From Convolutriloba macropyga (Eukaryota), in the NCBI RefSeq assembly GCF_964194025.1, contig NC_134482.1, positions 1,240,001 through 1,304,000 of the forward strand: DNA of 64,000 nucleotides. Direction: 5' to 3'. Position numbers and translations under genes: made by a program. The notes under the pieces are model-generated. The model made no database searches. It had not been told where the DNA came from and was given only the letters and a program-made list of their open reading frames with translations. This document shows, piece after piece, positions 39,089-52,239 of the stretch. The first letter of the stretch is position 1. Each line of letters begins with the position of its first letter.

Positions 39089-42000
39089 CTACGGAGAAAA
39101 AACGCGTGCGAGAGCGGAAACGGGGCGAACGTACGTGCCGTAAGGCGTTTTTACCTTTACGACTCTTGTTTCTCCATCTCGTCCAGGTGTTGTTTCCATG
39201 ACTCTTCCCAGTGGCCAGATGCCTCTTGGTGTTTGGTCTTTCAACACCCAAACAATGTCGTTCACCTTGAGAGGCCGATCGTTGCTCTCTGGACATTTTG
39301 CTCGTCTGGTAAGAGTGGAGAGATATTCTTTCACCTAGCGTCGCCATACATGGTTCATAAGTTTCTGCGTGTTTTTCCTAGTCTTTAAGCTTGCAGGTTG
39401 CTGGTCTTCAAATTGTCCGGGTGGCAAGCTATTGAAGGGACGCTGAATGATAAAGTGGTTTTGAGTCAAGGGTTCCTCGTTGTCGGGCTCCTCAGCAAGG
39501 TTAGTCAGTGGTCTGGAGTTGAGGATTGATTCTGTTTCCACCATGATTGTTAGGAAAGTGTCAAAAGAGAGTCTTCTGGATCCTAGAATGAGAAAGAGCG
39601 TTCTTTTGGTGCTTTGGATCAAACGCTCCCAGACACCGCCAAAATGAGGTTCATATGGGGTTCAATTTCCACGTTGTATTGGCTACTGCTAAAGCTTTGT
39701 AGATCCTATCATTGTTCAATGATTTAACAGTTTTCTTAAGTTCATCAGAGGCGCCAACGAAAGTTTTCCCATTGTCACTGTAGAGAAGTTGGGGCTGCCA
39801 TCGACGACTGCAAAATCTTCTGAAGGCATTGAGAAACGTATCTGTATTTAAGTCTGAACGAGTGAACTGCACGCGTCACCATGCATGTAAAGATCAGACC
39901 ATAGTCTTTTTCTACAACGCATTTAGAATCTTCGACGTAGAAAGGTCCAAAGAAATCTACTACAGAAATAGCGAAGGGGCACTGTGTTTCTGCTGCTGGA
40001 AAGCGATAACTGGGTAGTGGAGCCAAAATTGGTTGAATTTTGTTTGTGTCAAAGCTTCGACAAAAGAAACAATGAAATCGTATGCTTGCTAACGCTTTGC
40101 GAAGACCAATCGTATGGTAACGCTGTTGTATGAAGGCTTTTGTTGCTTCTGTGGACTGATGAATACATACCTGATTGGCATGTTCCAAGTACATACGAAA
40201 AATTTTGTCCTTGGCGTGCGAGACGACCGGACCTTTTTCTAAATCCACTTTGTAAGTAATTAATTGCGAGTGGAAAAAAAACTGTCCTGAGACAGTTGGA
40301 AGATAATTTCTTGATGATTGAGTGTCTTCAGTTGTGTACTGTTGATTGTTCTTTCTTATTTTCTTTGCGCGATAAAAAAAATGAACGCTTTTGCAATTGT
40401 CAGAAGAATTTTGTTCCATTTGGAAAATTTGCTCGAATCGACAACAAGTTCAAGCGTCTTTGAGCGTCTTGTCGCTGCAGCACATGTTGCTCGTGGTTTG
40501 TTCTTCTCATTCCACGACGACTCATTTTCGCGGAGAAATTGGGGTGGCTTTAACCATTTCTGTTGAATGTCTTTAGTTTCAAGACCGCGAGTGCCGTGAT
40601 CGCAGGGATTTAGACAAGTAGAGATTTGATGCAATAGCTTAGGCGAGGAAAATTTCTGTATTTCTTGCAATCTGTTTGAAACAAAAACATTTTGTTTTTT
40701 TTGAAGCTATCCAGCCGAACACTTTTTGGCCGTCGGACCAAAGAAAAATTTGACTGAAGGTCAATGTCTTTTTTCTTTGGATCAGTTGTAGAAGGCTCAC
40801 TCCCATAACAGCGGCTTCTAATTCCATTTTCGGCACGCTTTTTGTTTAATTAGAGCAACTTTGCATTTTCCCATGAGAAAACATGCTTGTGGCGGACTGG
40901 TTTGACTATTGGTTGTACGGAGGTAAGCAACGGCTGCCATAGCTGCCATTGATGCATCCACAAATATATTATGTTGGCTCCTGGTGATTTTGCTGAAATT
41001 GTGAACAATTCTTGGTATTCGGATTTCGGGCATGGCAAATTAGCTGTTTAGAACTTTCTGGAGGGCATTGTGTAATTCTTGTGGTATCAAATCATCCCAT
41101 TTTCTTCCAAGTTTCTATATCTGCTGCAAAATCATTTGATTCTAATTGTCACAGGAGACAACAGACCGAATGGATCGGAGATTGAAGATACCAAACTAAA
41201 TATGTTTCTTTGTGTGTACACTGTTGCATCTTTAGGAAATTTTTGTTGGGGAAACTTGACAAAATCGTCAGTTGTTATGTTCCATTTTTGACCAAGGACT
41301 CTTATGATCTCTTTTGGTTTCGTCTTTGTCGTCGGAAGCGATTTCCGTGAGTACTTCTGTCTCGTTTGAAACAAGTTTTGTCAACCTGAAGGCACCATTT
41401 TTCAGGCATCTTTTTGTCTGTGATATGAATTTTTTGGCTTCTGAAATTGTTGACAGGGACGTGATATAGTCATCAATATAAAAGTGGTGTTTAATTGCGT
41501 TCAAGGCTGCTGAAAATTTGCTTTTGTTGTCCTCTGCACATTGATTTACACATAAATTTCGCAAAATGATAAACATGTTGCGCCAAAGGTTAATCTAGTG
41601 AAATGGAACTGTCAAATGGAGTTGTTTATCGTCCAAAGGAAACGAAGCGCAGACTGGTCTTTTTGTCTCACGGCAATCTGCATAAACATTCCTTCGATGT
41701 CTGACAAAACAGCAACCGGGTGTTCTCTGAATCTCAACAGAACTCCACCTAAATTATTCAGCAAATCTGGACCAGTTAGGAGATTTGAGTGCAGGGATTC
41801 ACCACAAAACTTTGAGGCTGCGTTCTCAACTCTTTTCTCTTTCTCTAGTTTGTTTGGATTAGTGACAGGATGATGAGGTAGGTACCAAATTGACTGCGGA
41901 GGTGGTTCCTGCATTTCGACCGGCTTGACAAAATTCTTATCCAAATTTGTTTGGAGTGTCTGGTTGTATTTCTGATTAAAAATTGGATCTTTTTGTAGAC

Positions 42001-42417
42001 GTTTACGTAGGCTTATAAGTTGGTGCACTGCTGAGAAGTAGTTGTTCTCAAGTTTCTTCTCAGGCTTCCAAGGAAGGCCAATTTGATATCTTTCACCGTT
42101 GTGACAGATTGAATTTTCCAGCGCAGGCACTGCTATTGTGTCCGCTGAGTTGTTTTCATTTGGTTCAGGTAATGTACCTTCAGCTTCTATTTTCCAGAAT
42201 CTTAGAACTAATTGGTCCAATGGTTCTTCTTCAGTATCTTTCAGGTAGAACGGTTGTCCCTCAGGCTTGCTTTCCCTTATTGTTTTATGAGAAAGCTCGT
42301 ACTCTCCAGCGAGAGTCCAACCAAGCTTAGTTTTAACGCTAAATGGACGCGTTTGGCTACTTGGATCACATTATCTGGGTACGGAAAAGCAAACGTATTG
42401 ACGCCAAGGAGGGCGCC
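39089..42417 (-). pseudogene. BEL/Pao pol (protease C-terminal end, RT, RNase H, integrase), frameshifted
   Basis: KTKLGWTLAG; WYLPHHPV, LLRFREHPVAVLSDIEGMFMQI and FYIDDY (RT); IFVDAS, MELEAA and LWSD (RNase H); H..H..CFFC, VDFFGPF, YSDNGKTF, GGVWER, LNSRPLT and RGIWPLGRV (integrase and C-terminal domain). Confidence 0.95.
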
Positions 42418-43619
42418 AGTAGTATAGCCCAGGTGAGCCTCATCAGTGAAAAAATAAATTATTTTGGAATTATGAAAATACTGAATTATTGAAATTGCGT
42501 GAAGTGCATTTTGCGCTGGTTTTCAGGTCTCAAAGACGATTTTTTGTTGACCTCATCTTACCTGATGAGCCTCATCATCAAAAAAACTTTGAAAAATTTT
42601 GGGAAAATACGAAAATTTTGAAGTGTTAAAATTGTTTGAAATACATATTGCACCGGGTTTCAAGTCTAAAAGTGGACATCATTTTACATGGTATTAGAAA
42701 TATATCAAAAGATTAATCAACATTGTCATCAATCAAGGCTCATCAACTAGTCGAAAACAAATTGTTGAGTGTATATGGTATTCTTTAAGTCAAATCCTCT
42801 TTTAACCCCTTATTTGATCATGCATGAGAACAAAATATAGTAATAGGCAAGGAAGTGAGTGGTTGCTGCTGTGCCTGTGCTGTTGGTAGAACTGTCTGTG
42901 TCACCAATCTATTTTTAGAATTATATGTATACTATGACTAACTACTAAAGTCACTGCCGAAGGTCATTTTACACGAGTAGTCGTCGTATTCGATTGTGAT
43001 CGGGAGACAGATCGTTCGAGAGTGTCAATGAAGTATTTTTGAGTAAGTTTACATGTTCAACTGTCTGCATTGGGTGGTTTTGTTATTACAGTTTAACACG
43101 GTACTTGTATAGCAATAGGGCAAAGTTATAAGAATTTGTTTGAGTTTCAGTTAGAGTTTGATTTGTAAACAAAGTATGTCAGAGATTGACGATTGTTCCT
43201 TCTTTGTCTCTTCTCAGAAAGACGTTTTGTAGCTGTTTGTGTGAACACTTGTTACTCTACTTAAACAATACAGAGATATTAAGGAAGTAAATCATCTTTT
43301 TATGTCTTGCGCTTTACCTAACAGATATAATTTATTTGGACAAAAACTTGAGTACTACCGGGAAAACATATTGAATATATCAGCTTGAAACTTTTCTCAG
43401 AAGATACTTTTAACAATCAAATGAGAGAAAACTAGAGAGAAACCAACAAACAATCAAGACATTAAAAAATCAACAAACAATATTTTATTGCAATATTAGT
43501 AGTTTATTGAGGTTGAGCAAATGCAACTCACAAGATTATAACTGTTTGAGGTATTAAGAGACTCAATTAGAGTTTACGTTTTTTGGAGCAAGATATGAGC
43601 TGACAGGCAGTGTCTCAAG
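42418..43619 (+). repeat. Left terminal inverted repeat (extended)
   Basis: Reverse complement of 53959-55341; near-identical from ~42598 inward. Has two ~125-bp subterminal units versus three on the right. Confidence 0.93.
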
Positions 43620-44187
43620 TCTAAAAGTTAACTTTTTGCGGACATCATTTTACATGGCATTAAAAATATATCAAATGATTCATCACCATTGCCATCAATC
43701 AAGGCTCATCAACTAGTCGAAAACAAATTGTTGAGTTTATGTGGTATTCTTTATGTCTGTTTCTATATATCAGTCCGCTCAAATCCTCTTTTTACCCCTT
43801 ATTTGATCATGCATGAGAACAAAATATAGTAATAGGCAAGGGGGTGAGTGTTTGCTGCTGTGCCTGTGCTGTTGGTAGAACTGTCTGTGTCACCAATCTA
43901 TTTTTAGAATTATATGTATACTATGACTAACTACTACAGTCACTGCCGAAGGTCATCTTACACGAGTAGTTGTCGTATTCGATTGTGATTGGGAAACCGA
44001 TCGACCGAGAATGTCAATGAAGTACTTTTGAATAAGTTTACATGTTCAACTGTCTGCATTGGGTGGTTTTGTTATTACAGTTTAACACAGTACTTGTATA
44101 GCAATAGGGCGAACTAATAAGAATTTGTTTGAGTTTCAGTTAGAGTTTCATTTATAAACAAACTATGTCAGTGGTTGACGATTGTTT
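43615..44187 (+). repeat. Second, more diverged copy of the inner TIR (probable original left TIR)
   Basis: Direct repeat of 42660-43197 with more substitutions and indels; runs into ATGTCAGTGGTTGACGATTG. Confidence 0.9.
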
Positions 44188-44460
44188 TTCTGTGACTTTT
44201 CTCACGATATTACGTGTACAGAAAAACGTTATGTAGTGGCTTGTGTGAAAACTTACGACTCTACTGGAACCTATGTAACGGTAAAACTTTTCAAAAAAGA
44301 TAACTTTGTGATCAAACCCAAGACAATAGAAACAATTGCAACAGTGATGGTTTCAGGTTCAACCAGAGAATTACATTATCTTTAGCTGAAAAAAGATCTT
44401 TAGCTATTATCTCAAAGCTACAATTCACTCTGTGAAAAACTAAGGACTGGACAATAAGAA
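44165..44460 (+). pseudogene. PC4-like ssDNA-binding protein of the Polinton-like element
   Basis: MSVVDDC..DFSHDITCTEKRYVVACVKTYDSTGTYVTVKLFKK resembles the KRYV..Y..lf pattern of PC4; frameshifted. Confidence 0.45.
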
Positions 44461-44612
44461 CAGCCTATCAAAAAAGAACGCAATAAGATTACGGGAAGAA
44501 AACGACGTTATCAGTTTGCATCCTCACCGGAGACGAATGGCGTTAATTCATCTCAGGTTGCTGATGATCAAAGAAGAAAGCGAAGTTTTGAGGGTTACAC
44601 ACAGTATTAAAA

Positions 44613-45220
44613 ATGGTTGAGGCAATGTTTGAACAAACACCTGAATTTTTTCGACAGTTTCAAAAGAAATTTCACTATTTCATCAGCAGAAGTGAGCCAA
44701 TAACTGATACTAAAGAAATCAACAACAGTTTTGTTCACAGTTTGCATGAGAATAACAGCTTTTGTAGAATCAAAAATCAACATTATCATGTTATTGCAGC
44801 TTTGGATCAAGTAACAGAGGCGTTCGAAAAATTTCTTCAAAGCCCTATTCAATACCTCGTCTACACACATGTTTCAGACTTCTACTCCACAAAACACAAC
44901 CTGTCAACATCACTTTTCACGGTGAAATTTTTGAGAAGTTGCAGCAAGCAGTCATTTACAATCACCAACATCAGCTAGATTTATATAGCTCCAAAAGAAA
45001 GCTTCCAAATATCTTTGAACTGGAGACCGTCAAAGAGAATATTCATGTTCAAACTGATTTCATACCAACTTGTACGTTCAACCAGTTTTTAAGTATTTAT
45101 CAGAACAATTTTTATGTAGAATTTTCAAAAATTATTGATAATATTATTAGTGGATATGGCTCCCTGAATGTTGATAATGAGAATGTGAAAATTAACTTTC
45201 GATTTGAATGGAAAAGTTAA
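44613..45220 (+). pseudogene. Polinton-like hypothetical protein (two frameshifted ORFs)
   Basis: Overlapping ORFs 44613-44978 and 44939-45220; converges on the protease gene. Confidence 0.5.
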
Positions 45221-45310
45221 TCCCACTTTTTTATTGAAAACCGAGCCATCCAGCTTCAAAGGAAAAAAAGGTTCTAATTTAAGAAAAAAAATTAAGTTGA
45301 TTGATCTGTT

Positions 45311-45743
45311 CTACACAATATGCTTTGCAAATCGTAGTAAATCATCATCATTCATGTAGTGTACATACGGATAGCTATTTGTGAAAATAATATGCGCAAT
45401 ATAAATACAAAAAAGTCCACACAGTTTTGAGTTTGGGCTCAGAATTGGCTGTAATCTGAGACATTGAACAACTTCTTCTTCGAAGTAAAACTGCAGCAGT
45501 CGAGTGTATACAAAATGGTAACATTCCAGAGCTTGCCCAAGTGGATCAGCAAAGTATATTGTTTTTTTTGTAATTACAAATCAGTAGCTAATGACTTCCC
45601 GATGCTGTTGATACTGAGGCATTCACCACAGCAAAGCAATTATCTGGCAGTCTTGGAAAATTATCAGCCGCAAAAACTCCGCAAAATTTGTGCTTCAGAT
45701 GAAAACATTTACTTACTAGATAACTTATCTCAAAATTATCCAT
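45311..45743 (-). pseudogene. Adenain-like cysteine maturation protease
   Basis: MDNFEI...FCGVFAADNFP...VVNAS..SGSH*(W)..YFADPLG...LCGLFCIY. His/Asp/Cys triad present; one stop and one frameshift; ATG overlaps the MCP stop. Confidence 0.9.
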
Positions 45744-47058
45744 CAACCGGATATGTAATATCCGAGTTTTTGGTAACTTTTCGTTCAGAGTTGACGTAAA
45801 AAGTTGAACTTCGTTCGCCTAGGAATAAAATTTTAACGTTGTCACCCAAAGGTGTTCCAACAGTGAGCTCAACTGAAATTGAACAATTTGTTAATTCAGG
45901 ACGAATAAAATCGTGTGCAGCCTCCTGTGTTGAAGTAAGGTCGAAGGCCAAATATAAAGTGATTTGGATAATTGGCTAGGGGAATGACATGACCACCTTT
46001 ATCAAGAAAATCTAGAGCTTCAAGCGTGTTGAAGTAGACTCGTTGATCTGAGGTTGTTGAAATTGGTGTTCCAACAACCGGTAGTCCATTTCGATAAATC
46101 ACTATTTCAAATTGTATTTCTGGTAATGGAACGGATTCGTTCTGTTAGTTCCTAAATATGACTGATTGGTTGATATTGCAATAATCATTCTTTGAACCGG
46201 TTTTTTCGAGAAGATATCTTCTTGACTCCAACTTCGAAAGACAGCAGTGGCAACAAAAGTTCTGGGCGACACCTCCGCGTGCCGATAGACAGCTGGTGTA
46301 TCAAGCAAAGTTTTTTCAATCGCAGACAACACATGATCAGCCACGGTCATTTTGCGCACGTAAAGATTTGCTTCAACAATTTTTACTCTGTATTGTTTAT
46401 TAGACTCGGATATGACGGTAAAATATATTGGTGACCTTCAGAAGGAGATGCGTAGGGTAACACCACTTAGAAGATGTTTGTCACTGGTCAATATATCACT
46501 GGCGGGTTTTCCAAGAAGAAAACATTCCAGAGAGTCAGCAACTTAAGCCTTCCGTGCAGCAACATCAGTAGCTCTGTTGTCAGCTCCATTTATTTTAGCC
46601 GGTTCGTCCTCATAATAATAGCCTTGACAAACAAACCAAGTGTTTTTGGCTGTTCTGCTGGATGAGAACTCTGTTTCCATGAAAGCCTAGTGTGCGTAGT
46701 TGCCATTTGTATTTGACAATTTAACACCGTTTGCCGAGACTGTACACTCTGAAAACAGAGAGTGCAGTGCGTTATTGCTAAAATACGGCAAATCTGTGTT
46801 TGTTGCATCAGTACCAGTTCTCAAATCAGCGTCATTGGTTCTCGTGATTTTGCATTTTGTTTCAGGTAGAAACTTTTGCAAATCAATAATGTTGTTCCTG
46901 TCACCAACAACTTCAAATTCCAGCATTGGACCATCCGGTGAATATGATGGACCAACCTTTTGTGTAAAAGCATTGTCAAAGGTGATAAGGATAGGCTGCT
47001 TTTCAAACAGGTCTAGAGTTGTGTGTGTTGCCTCTGCTGGCAATAAGTTAGTATTCAT
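45736..47058 (-). pseudogene. Major capsid protein (Polinton PY / hexon-like double jelly roll)
   Basis: LDLFEKQP, GPMLEFEV, NNALHSLFSECTV, YAH, NPFHYQKYNL, FDLTSTQ, SVELT..PL..V..L.LGE in the expected order; several frameshifts. Confidence 0.9.
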
Positions 47059-47181
47059 TTCTCACTTTGGAAAAAAAAATCTGACCGACTTCTGAGTAAC
47101 GGTTGTTTTCTCTGAATATTTGCGGGGTTTGACCGGAACACTCCGTTTCTGTTTGTTATGAACTTTGCCAGCACGAACACC

Positions 47182-47487
47182 TCATATTCGAGCTCTTGAG
47201 CCACCAACTTTTGATGGTGCCACCAACAAACCTCTTGAGCCACCAACAGTTGATTTGAGTGCTTCTTTAGGACTCTTCTTTTTGGTGACAACGTTATTAA
47301 CTTCTGGTGCCGCCTGTACAAACAGTTCTCTTCCAATTTTTTTAGCAACAGGCCACAAAAACTTTTTAGCTATCGGTATGGCCGCCCTGCCAATTCCAGC
47401 TGCTAATGCCCCAAAACCACTACCTCGTTGACGATAGTGTCCTGCAAAATATGGTGAGACTGATTGTTGTTGATAGTACGCTTCCAT
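47182..47487 (-). CDS. Small basic/amphipathic virion protein with YYxxQ..QRGSG motif
   Basis: MEAYYQQQ..YRQRGSGFGALAAGIGRAAIPIAKK; typical small gene between the minor and major capsid genes; the QxGxG site is a candidate protease cleavage site. Confidence 0.7.
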   Translation of the reverse strand: MEAYYQQQSVSPYFAGHYRQRGSGFGALAAGIGRAAIPIAKKFLWPVAKKIGRELFVQAAPEVNNVVTKKKSPKEALKSTVGGSRGLLVAPSKVGGSRARI

Positions 47488-48331
47488 TTAATTAAATTTT
47501 CTAGAGTTCAAAGTCAGAATAACTTTCCCTGTTCCCGTAAACGGAACAAATTTGCCAGTTTTGATTCTCAACGCAACCTCAATACACTGAAAATTGTTTG
47601 ACAACAATTTCTCATATTCCAGATTGCTAAAAACTATTCTATAAGTTCAGTTTCGTAGAAGGCTACCGTTTTTCAGGCGTTGTTTTGAATCAATGACACA
47701 AATCTCCAATATGCTGATAGTCAATTATGTTATTGTATACAAATATCAATTGTTTTCCTGCAAGCAGATCAAACGGGTAATCGGCGACAAAAGCTTTCGC
47801 TTCTCCGTCACTCATTGCCAAATTGTCAAAGTAATCTATCATTTTATAGCCAAAATGAGTACCTGAGCCATCTTTGATTCCTCCAAAGCCCATAATTCTT
47901 AGTATTTCTCCGTCAGGAAACGTAATTCCTTCATTTTTGCCAAAGAACAAAAGCAAAACTCCTGTGATTTTATTATACTGATGACTGAAATTAGTTAAAC
48001 CAGTCGCTGTCTTGATGGCTTTTATCAGGTGTTCTAAGTTCTCATAGCTTCGAGCATTGATCAAGACTGTCTCCCCTTTGTATGGTTTTGAGACAGCACC
48101 AGATGGAATACTTCTTTGATGGTTTTTGTTACCTTCAGAGGAGTACTTTGTGATTCGAGTGCTATTAACCTGGTTGATTCTGGATGGGAAGATAATTTCA
48201 CTCAAAGCTACTCTCCAATCACCTTCCAGGCTGATTTCTTCATTGAAAAAGTTTTTGAAGTTAGCCAAAGAATTCTCTGGAAAGATGTCCATGGAAGCTG
48301 ATGAAACTAAATGTATAGTAAACTCATTCAT
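47488..48331 (-). pseudogene. Minor capsid protein (penton-like, Polinton PX)
   Basis: MNEFTIHLVSSASMDIFPENSLANFKN...LEGDWRVALSEIIFP; IFVYNNIIDYQHIGD; C-terminal IEVALR..GKFVPF..GKVILTL after a frameshift. Confidence 0.88.
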
Positions 48332-48349
48332 GTTCTGTGAACGCTTCGC

Positions 48350-49273
48350 TATTATCAGCAACCTTCACTAATTCCAACTGATAGAACTTACCCCTGATTG
48401 GATCTGATTCGAATCAATTAGGCTGTATGTTGGAGGGTTTATATTTGGAATATCGTAAACTTCAAACACTTCGTTGGTAAATAACCTGTCTGTTTATAAC
48501 CTTTTCGGAAGAGTAAATCAACTTTTGATATTCTAACAAATTCACTCATTCGAAATTTTGGTCGACTTGCTAATTTCTCGGACGCAATTGCGTTTAATGA
48601 TAACAGATAAGGGACGTCTTTTTTGGTGACTTTGTTCGGAGCAATTTTTGTTACACGGTTGATGCGTGAGTTTATTGTTTGCACAAAATTTTTCAACTGA
48701 GAGATGTGTGAATATGTCAATTTTTCTTCCAGATACTTGTAAATATTGTTCTTTAAAGAGCGGATGTTCCTTTCAGCAAAAGCAGACTTCTTTTCGCTGA
48801 AAATTTGATAAATTTCAATGTTTTTCTTCTGGCAAAGTGTTTTGAAATTTCCCTTAAAGCTGTTTCAGTATCCACCCAAACTTTTTTCGGCCGTTTATGC
48901 TTAATCATTTGTTTGAAGACTTTAAGCTGTTGTTGTTGCATATTTTGGTTTGAGTGGTTCGACACATAGATAGCGTGAAAGACAGTCAACGGCAATCAAA
49001 AACTACTTAATACCTGCGTTTTTTTTGACAGTTTGTCCACGTGTGCCAAGTCAAGAGACCAAATTTCATCATGGTCATATGCAATAACTTTCAAAACTTT
49101 CAAAAAAACTTTTTCGAAATCCTTTATATTTTGTGTGAGCATTCTTGGTCGCTAGAAACTGTTTCACTTTGCGAGGTTGTAAATTTGCGTTTTTTTGTAA
49201 ATTTTTAACGCTTACAAACGCAGCTGGTCCTTTTGTGTACATCGACTGCAGCAATTTTTCTTCACTCGTCGTA
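48350..49273 (-). pseudogene. Retroviral-like (c-int/rve) integrase
   Basis: IWSLDLA, LIAVDCLSRY, KKVWVD and SAFAERNIRSLK (D-D-E); then TINSRINR, KFRMSEFVRISK..FRKGY, EVF.V..PPTY.L. Confidence 0.92.
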
Positions 49274-50014
49274 AGATTCCCATAGTTTTTCCTTCTGTTC
49301 ACTTGCTTCGTATGGAGTTTCAAAACCTTCTTCTTTTTCGTCAGTGTCACTGCTGCTGTGGGGAGTTTCCGGCCGGACTGTTGCTGCTTCTGGTTGTCGA
49401 GTTTTTGAGGCTTTTGAAACTTCGAACGCTTTTGTTTCTGTAATCTCTTGACGACTTTTTTTCTTTTTGTTGTGGTTTCTGGAGAAATTTTCCAGGTCGA
49501 AGTTTTTGGCATTGCTGTTTATTACTGGTTCCTTTTTTATTTGTAACACTTTTAATAATTCAAAATAATCGGGACTGTCAATTTTCCTTGTTGGTTGTTG
49601 TAAATTGTACAAGAAAACGAATGCGGTTATGTCAGTTGGACTGTTGTCAATGAGTAACTTATCGACCTCACCAATAAACACACGATTAGATATTTTGATT
49701 AGATCTACAATATTTTCACACTTTAAATATTTTGAATGACGCAGAAGAGATGATAATGTTTTTAGGACTTGTACCGCCCGTCTTTTTGAATTTTTGACCC
49801 AATTTTTGGCAACAACATCAACACCAGGGTCTTCCTCCGACAAATTTTCATTGATGTGCGCTTCACTGTGTTAATTTGGTCGCATTCTATTTATAAGTGA
49901 CAGATGTGCCGATTTGTGTTTAACTTCAGGATCTTCTAAGACCTGAGTTTGGTATGGTTGATTTTTGAAATAGACTTATTTTGGAACTAAAATAAACTCC
50001 TCGGCAGTTGACAT
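49262..50014 (-). pseudogene. Polinton hypothetical protein (MSTAEEFILVPK...KLWESYDE)
   Basis: 193-aa open part 49262-49843 plus a frameshifted N-terminus; located between the ATPase and integrase. Confidence 0.55.
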
Positions 50015-50299
50015 TTTCTACAATTTTATGGTTGATTCAAATACTGGAAGCAAAAATGAATATAATGATACGAACCAAACCAAAACCTGTTTTTGTGAGC
50101 AGTAATGCTCTCTTCTTTTCAACCGGAACGTTTTTACGAAGAACGGTCCTGAAAACGATTTCATGTTGCATTAAATTATTGATCTGATGTTTCACATGTC
50201 CTCTGATGACGATGCAAAAACATTCACTCAGTACCAATAAAGTATTTTCATCAGAAGTGCGAAGAAATTTTCTAAACTCAGGATCAGATAGAAGTACCA

Positions 50300-50973
50300 A
50301 TCGCTTTAGTATAGAGAACTTTTCTTGTTCATTTGATATGTGAGTTATATCGGCTTTGTCTGAAGGTATGTAGAACACCGACGGCCCAGGCACTGTAATG
50401 TTTGAGCAAAAGCAAAGACAATCGGAAGTTTTTGGATCGAGATCAATCAATAAGTGTCCAAATGTTTCTCTTGTTGCTATTTCATAACAATTTTTCAAAA
50501 AATGAGAAAGATTCAGTTGCTTACCGAGAAACTCGACTTGCTGAACGTCACGTGGTGATTCGAACAAAATGATATAAGGTGTATTCAAGTTTTTTGTTCG
50601 TGACCATACTTTGCTGGTAAAGATTGTGCTTCACATAAATGACATTGATGTTCTTGTGTCGACCCGCGGTAGCCAGCTTGACAAACTCTTTGTCATTAAA
50701 AATTTCCTCGCAAGAATTGTCAAATCTAAGTAAACAATTTTCAGTATTTTGAAAAAAGTCCAAGTTTGTGGATTTTTTGAAAACAATATTTGAATGCTGG
50801 TCAACTTCTGAGTATATTGGTTGCATTTCGTGGTAGAGAAAAATAACATTTTTAAATTTTGGATAAAAGGTGTTTCCTGCAATTATTCTGAAAATTAAAT
50901 TCGTTTTACTTCAACCCGATGCACCTACCACGGCCATGAAATTTCTGTCACTGGTAGATATTATTTGGTTCTT
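50300..50973 (-). pseudogene. A32/FtsK-like packaging ATPase
   Basis: MAVVGASG*SKT (Walker A), LLRFDNSC (degenerate Walker B), ATAGRHKNINVIYVKHNLY, IILFESPRD..Q, FGHLLIDL. The ORF continues into a small downstream gene ending at 50037. Confidence 0.92.
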
Positions 50974-51418
50974 AATCGAGGGTTTGATAAGATATATCCA
51001 ACTAAACTCGAAAGAATCGAAATCCAAACTGATGGTTCCTCACAAGTTGGTTTAAGTACAATCAATTTCACAATGCAAAGAACTATTAGCATCAAAATTC
51101 GAAACATTTGAACAAAAAAGACAATTTCCGACCATGGTAATGTAATCTGAATACAGAGTTTCCAAGTAGATTTACCACTACTTTCTTTTTCGAAAAGAGT
51201 CTCTTGTACAACTTGATCAACTGTTGCTTGTTCCCTCGCAAAAAAATGAGTAAAAAAATCATTTATTGAATTTTTTAATGATTCACATAGAACAGTTCAT
51301 AACAATTAAAATCACTCAACAATTCATTCATGTGCACCATTAAACATGCAGGTAATCTTGTAGTCTTTTCATAATACACAATTTTTTTGATCTTATCCGT
51401 GTTTACAAGTTCTTTAGT

Positions 51419-51754
51419 TTATTCAGGCAGCATTTCGTCATTTTTATCAACTTCTTTACCAGTTGGATGTTTCGATATCAATAGAAGTTTTGGAGGCGAG
51501 ATTTTGCGTTGACAGTCTGACATTTTGTTTTTTCCACTGAACAAAAGTTTCGATGTAGAAAACCAAGTGTGTAATGAACGAATTTCCTCCTCTGTCAATA
51601 ACACCCTAACTTTTCTCAGACGAGCTTGACTACCACTTTTTATTCCTTCTCCTTTGCAAATTGAAAGATTCATTGTCCCCTCCTTCGTGATCAAGGCGCA
51701 AATAGTCGAATTCGCTGACAAGGGTGCTTCCACTTTCGTCAATTCCTCTCTCAT
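51419..51754 (-). CDS. Polinton hypothetical protein
   Basis: 111-aa ATG ORF in the co-oriented gene train; no motif recognised. Confidence 0.4.
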   Translation of the reverse strand: MREELTKVEAPLSANSTICALITKEGTMNLSICKGEGIKSGSQARLRKVRVLLTEEEIRSLHTWFSTSKLLFSGKNKMSDCQRKISPPKLLLISKHPTGKEVDKNDEMLPE

Positions 51755-51843
51755 TAGTCAACCACTCAAAATAGAAACAGGCTTTTTCCCGTGCACAGTG
51801 ATTATTGAAGCTACCACGCTCTGCTGAGTTATGATTTGCACTG

Positions 51844-52239
51844 TTAACTGTAAAAAAAATTGTAAGATATTTTGGGACGCTCAAGAGTATTTAAATTGAC
51901 TACTGAACAATCGAGCAACTCCAATAAAAGTTGAGACTTTTCAAAACCTTTAGGGTAGTAAACCGCTCTCGGGTTTCTTAAGCGAACGATTTGAACAATT
52001 TGTGTCAGATAAATGTAAGGATAGTTTTCAGAGTTCCTATCTAAGCCATGTAAGTTCTTAAATAACCAATTGAATGAAGTTTTCTGCGGAATTGTCAAAA
52101 CGGAAAATTTTGATGGTGGTGAAAACAAAACACAATCGTTGTAATCTTCAGTACATATACCAAGTTCTTTAACAATAAACTTTTCTTTCCTTTGACGGAA
52201 ACCTTCAAGGTCTAACACAACTGTTTTACTGCTTAACAT
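51844..52239 (-). CDS. DEDD/DnaQ-like 3'-5' exonuclease-family protein
   Basis: VVLDLEGFR..KFIVKELG..NWL.KNLHGL..YPKG.EK; the start overlaps the stop of the upstream gene. Confidence 0.6.
   Translation of the reverse strand: MLSSKTVVLDLEGFRQRKEKFIVKELGICTEDYNDCVLFSPPSKFSVLTIPQKTSFNWLFKNLHGLDRNSENYPYIYLTQIVQIVRLRNPRAVYYPKGFEKSQLLLELLDCSVVNLNTLERPKISYNFFYS

Noticed and set aside
46700-48371. Plus-strand ORFs (46700, 47165, 48116, 48126)
   Set aside because: Antisense shadows of the capsid genes.
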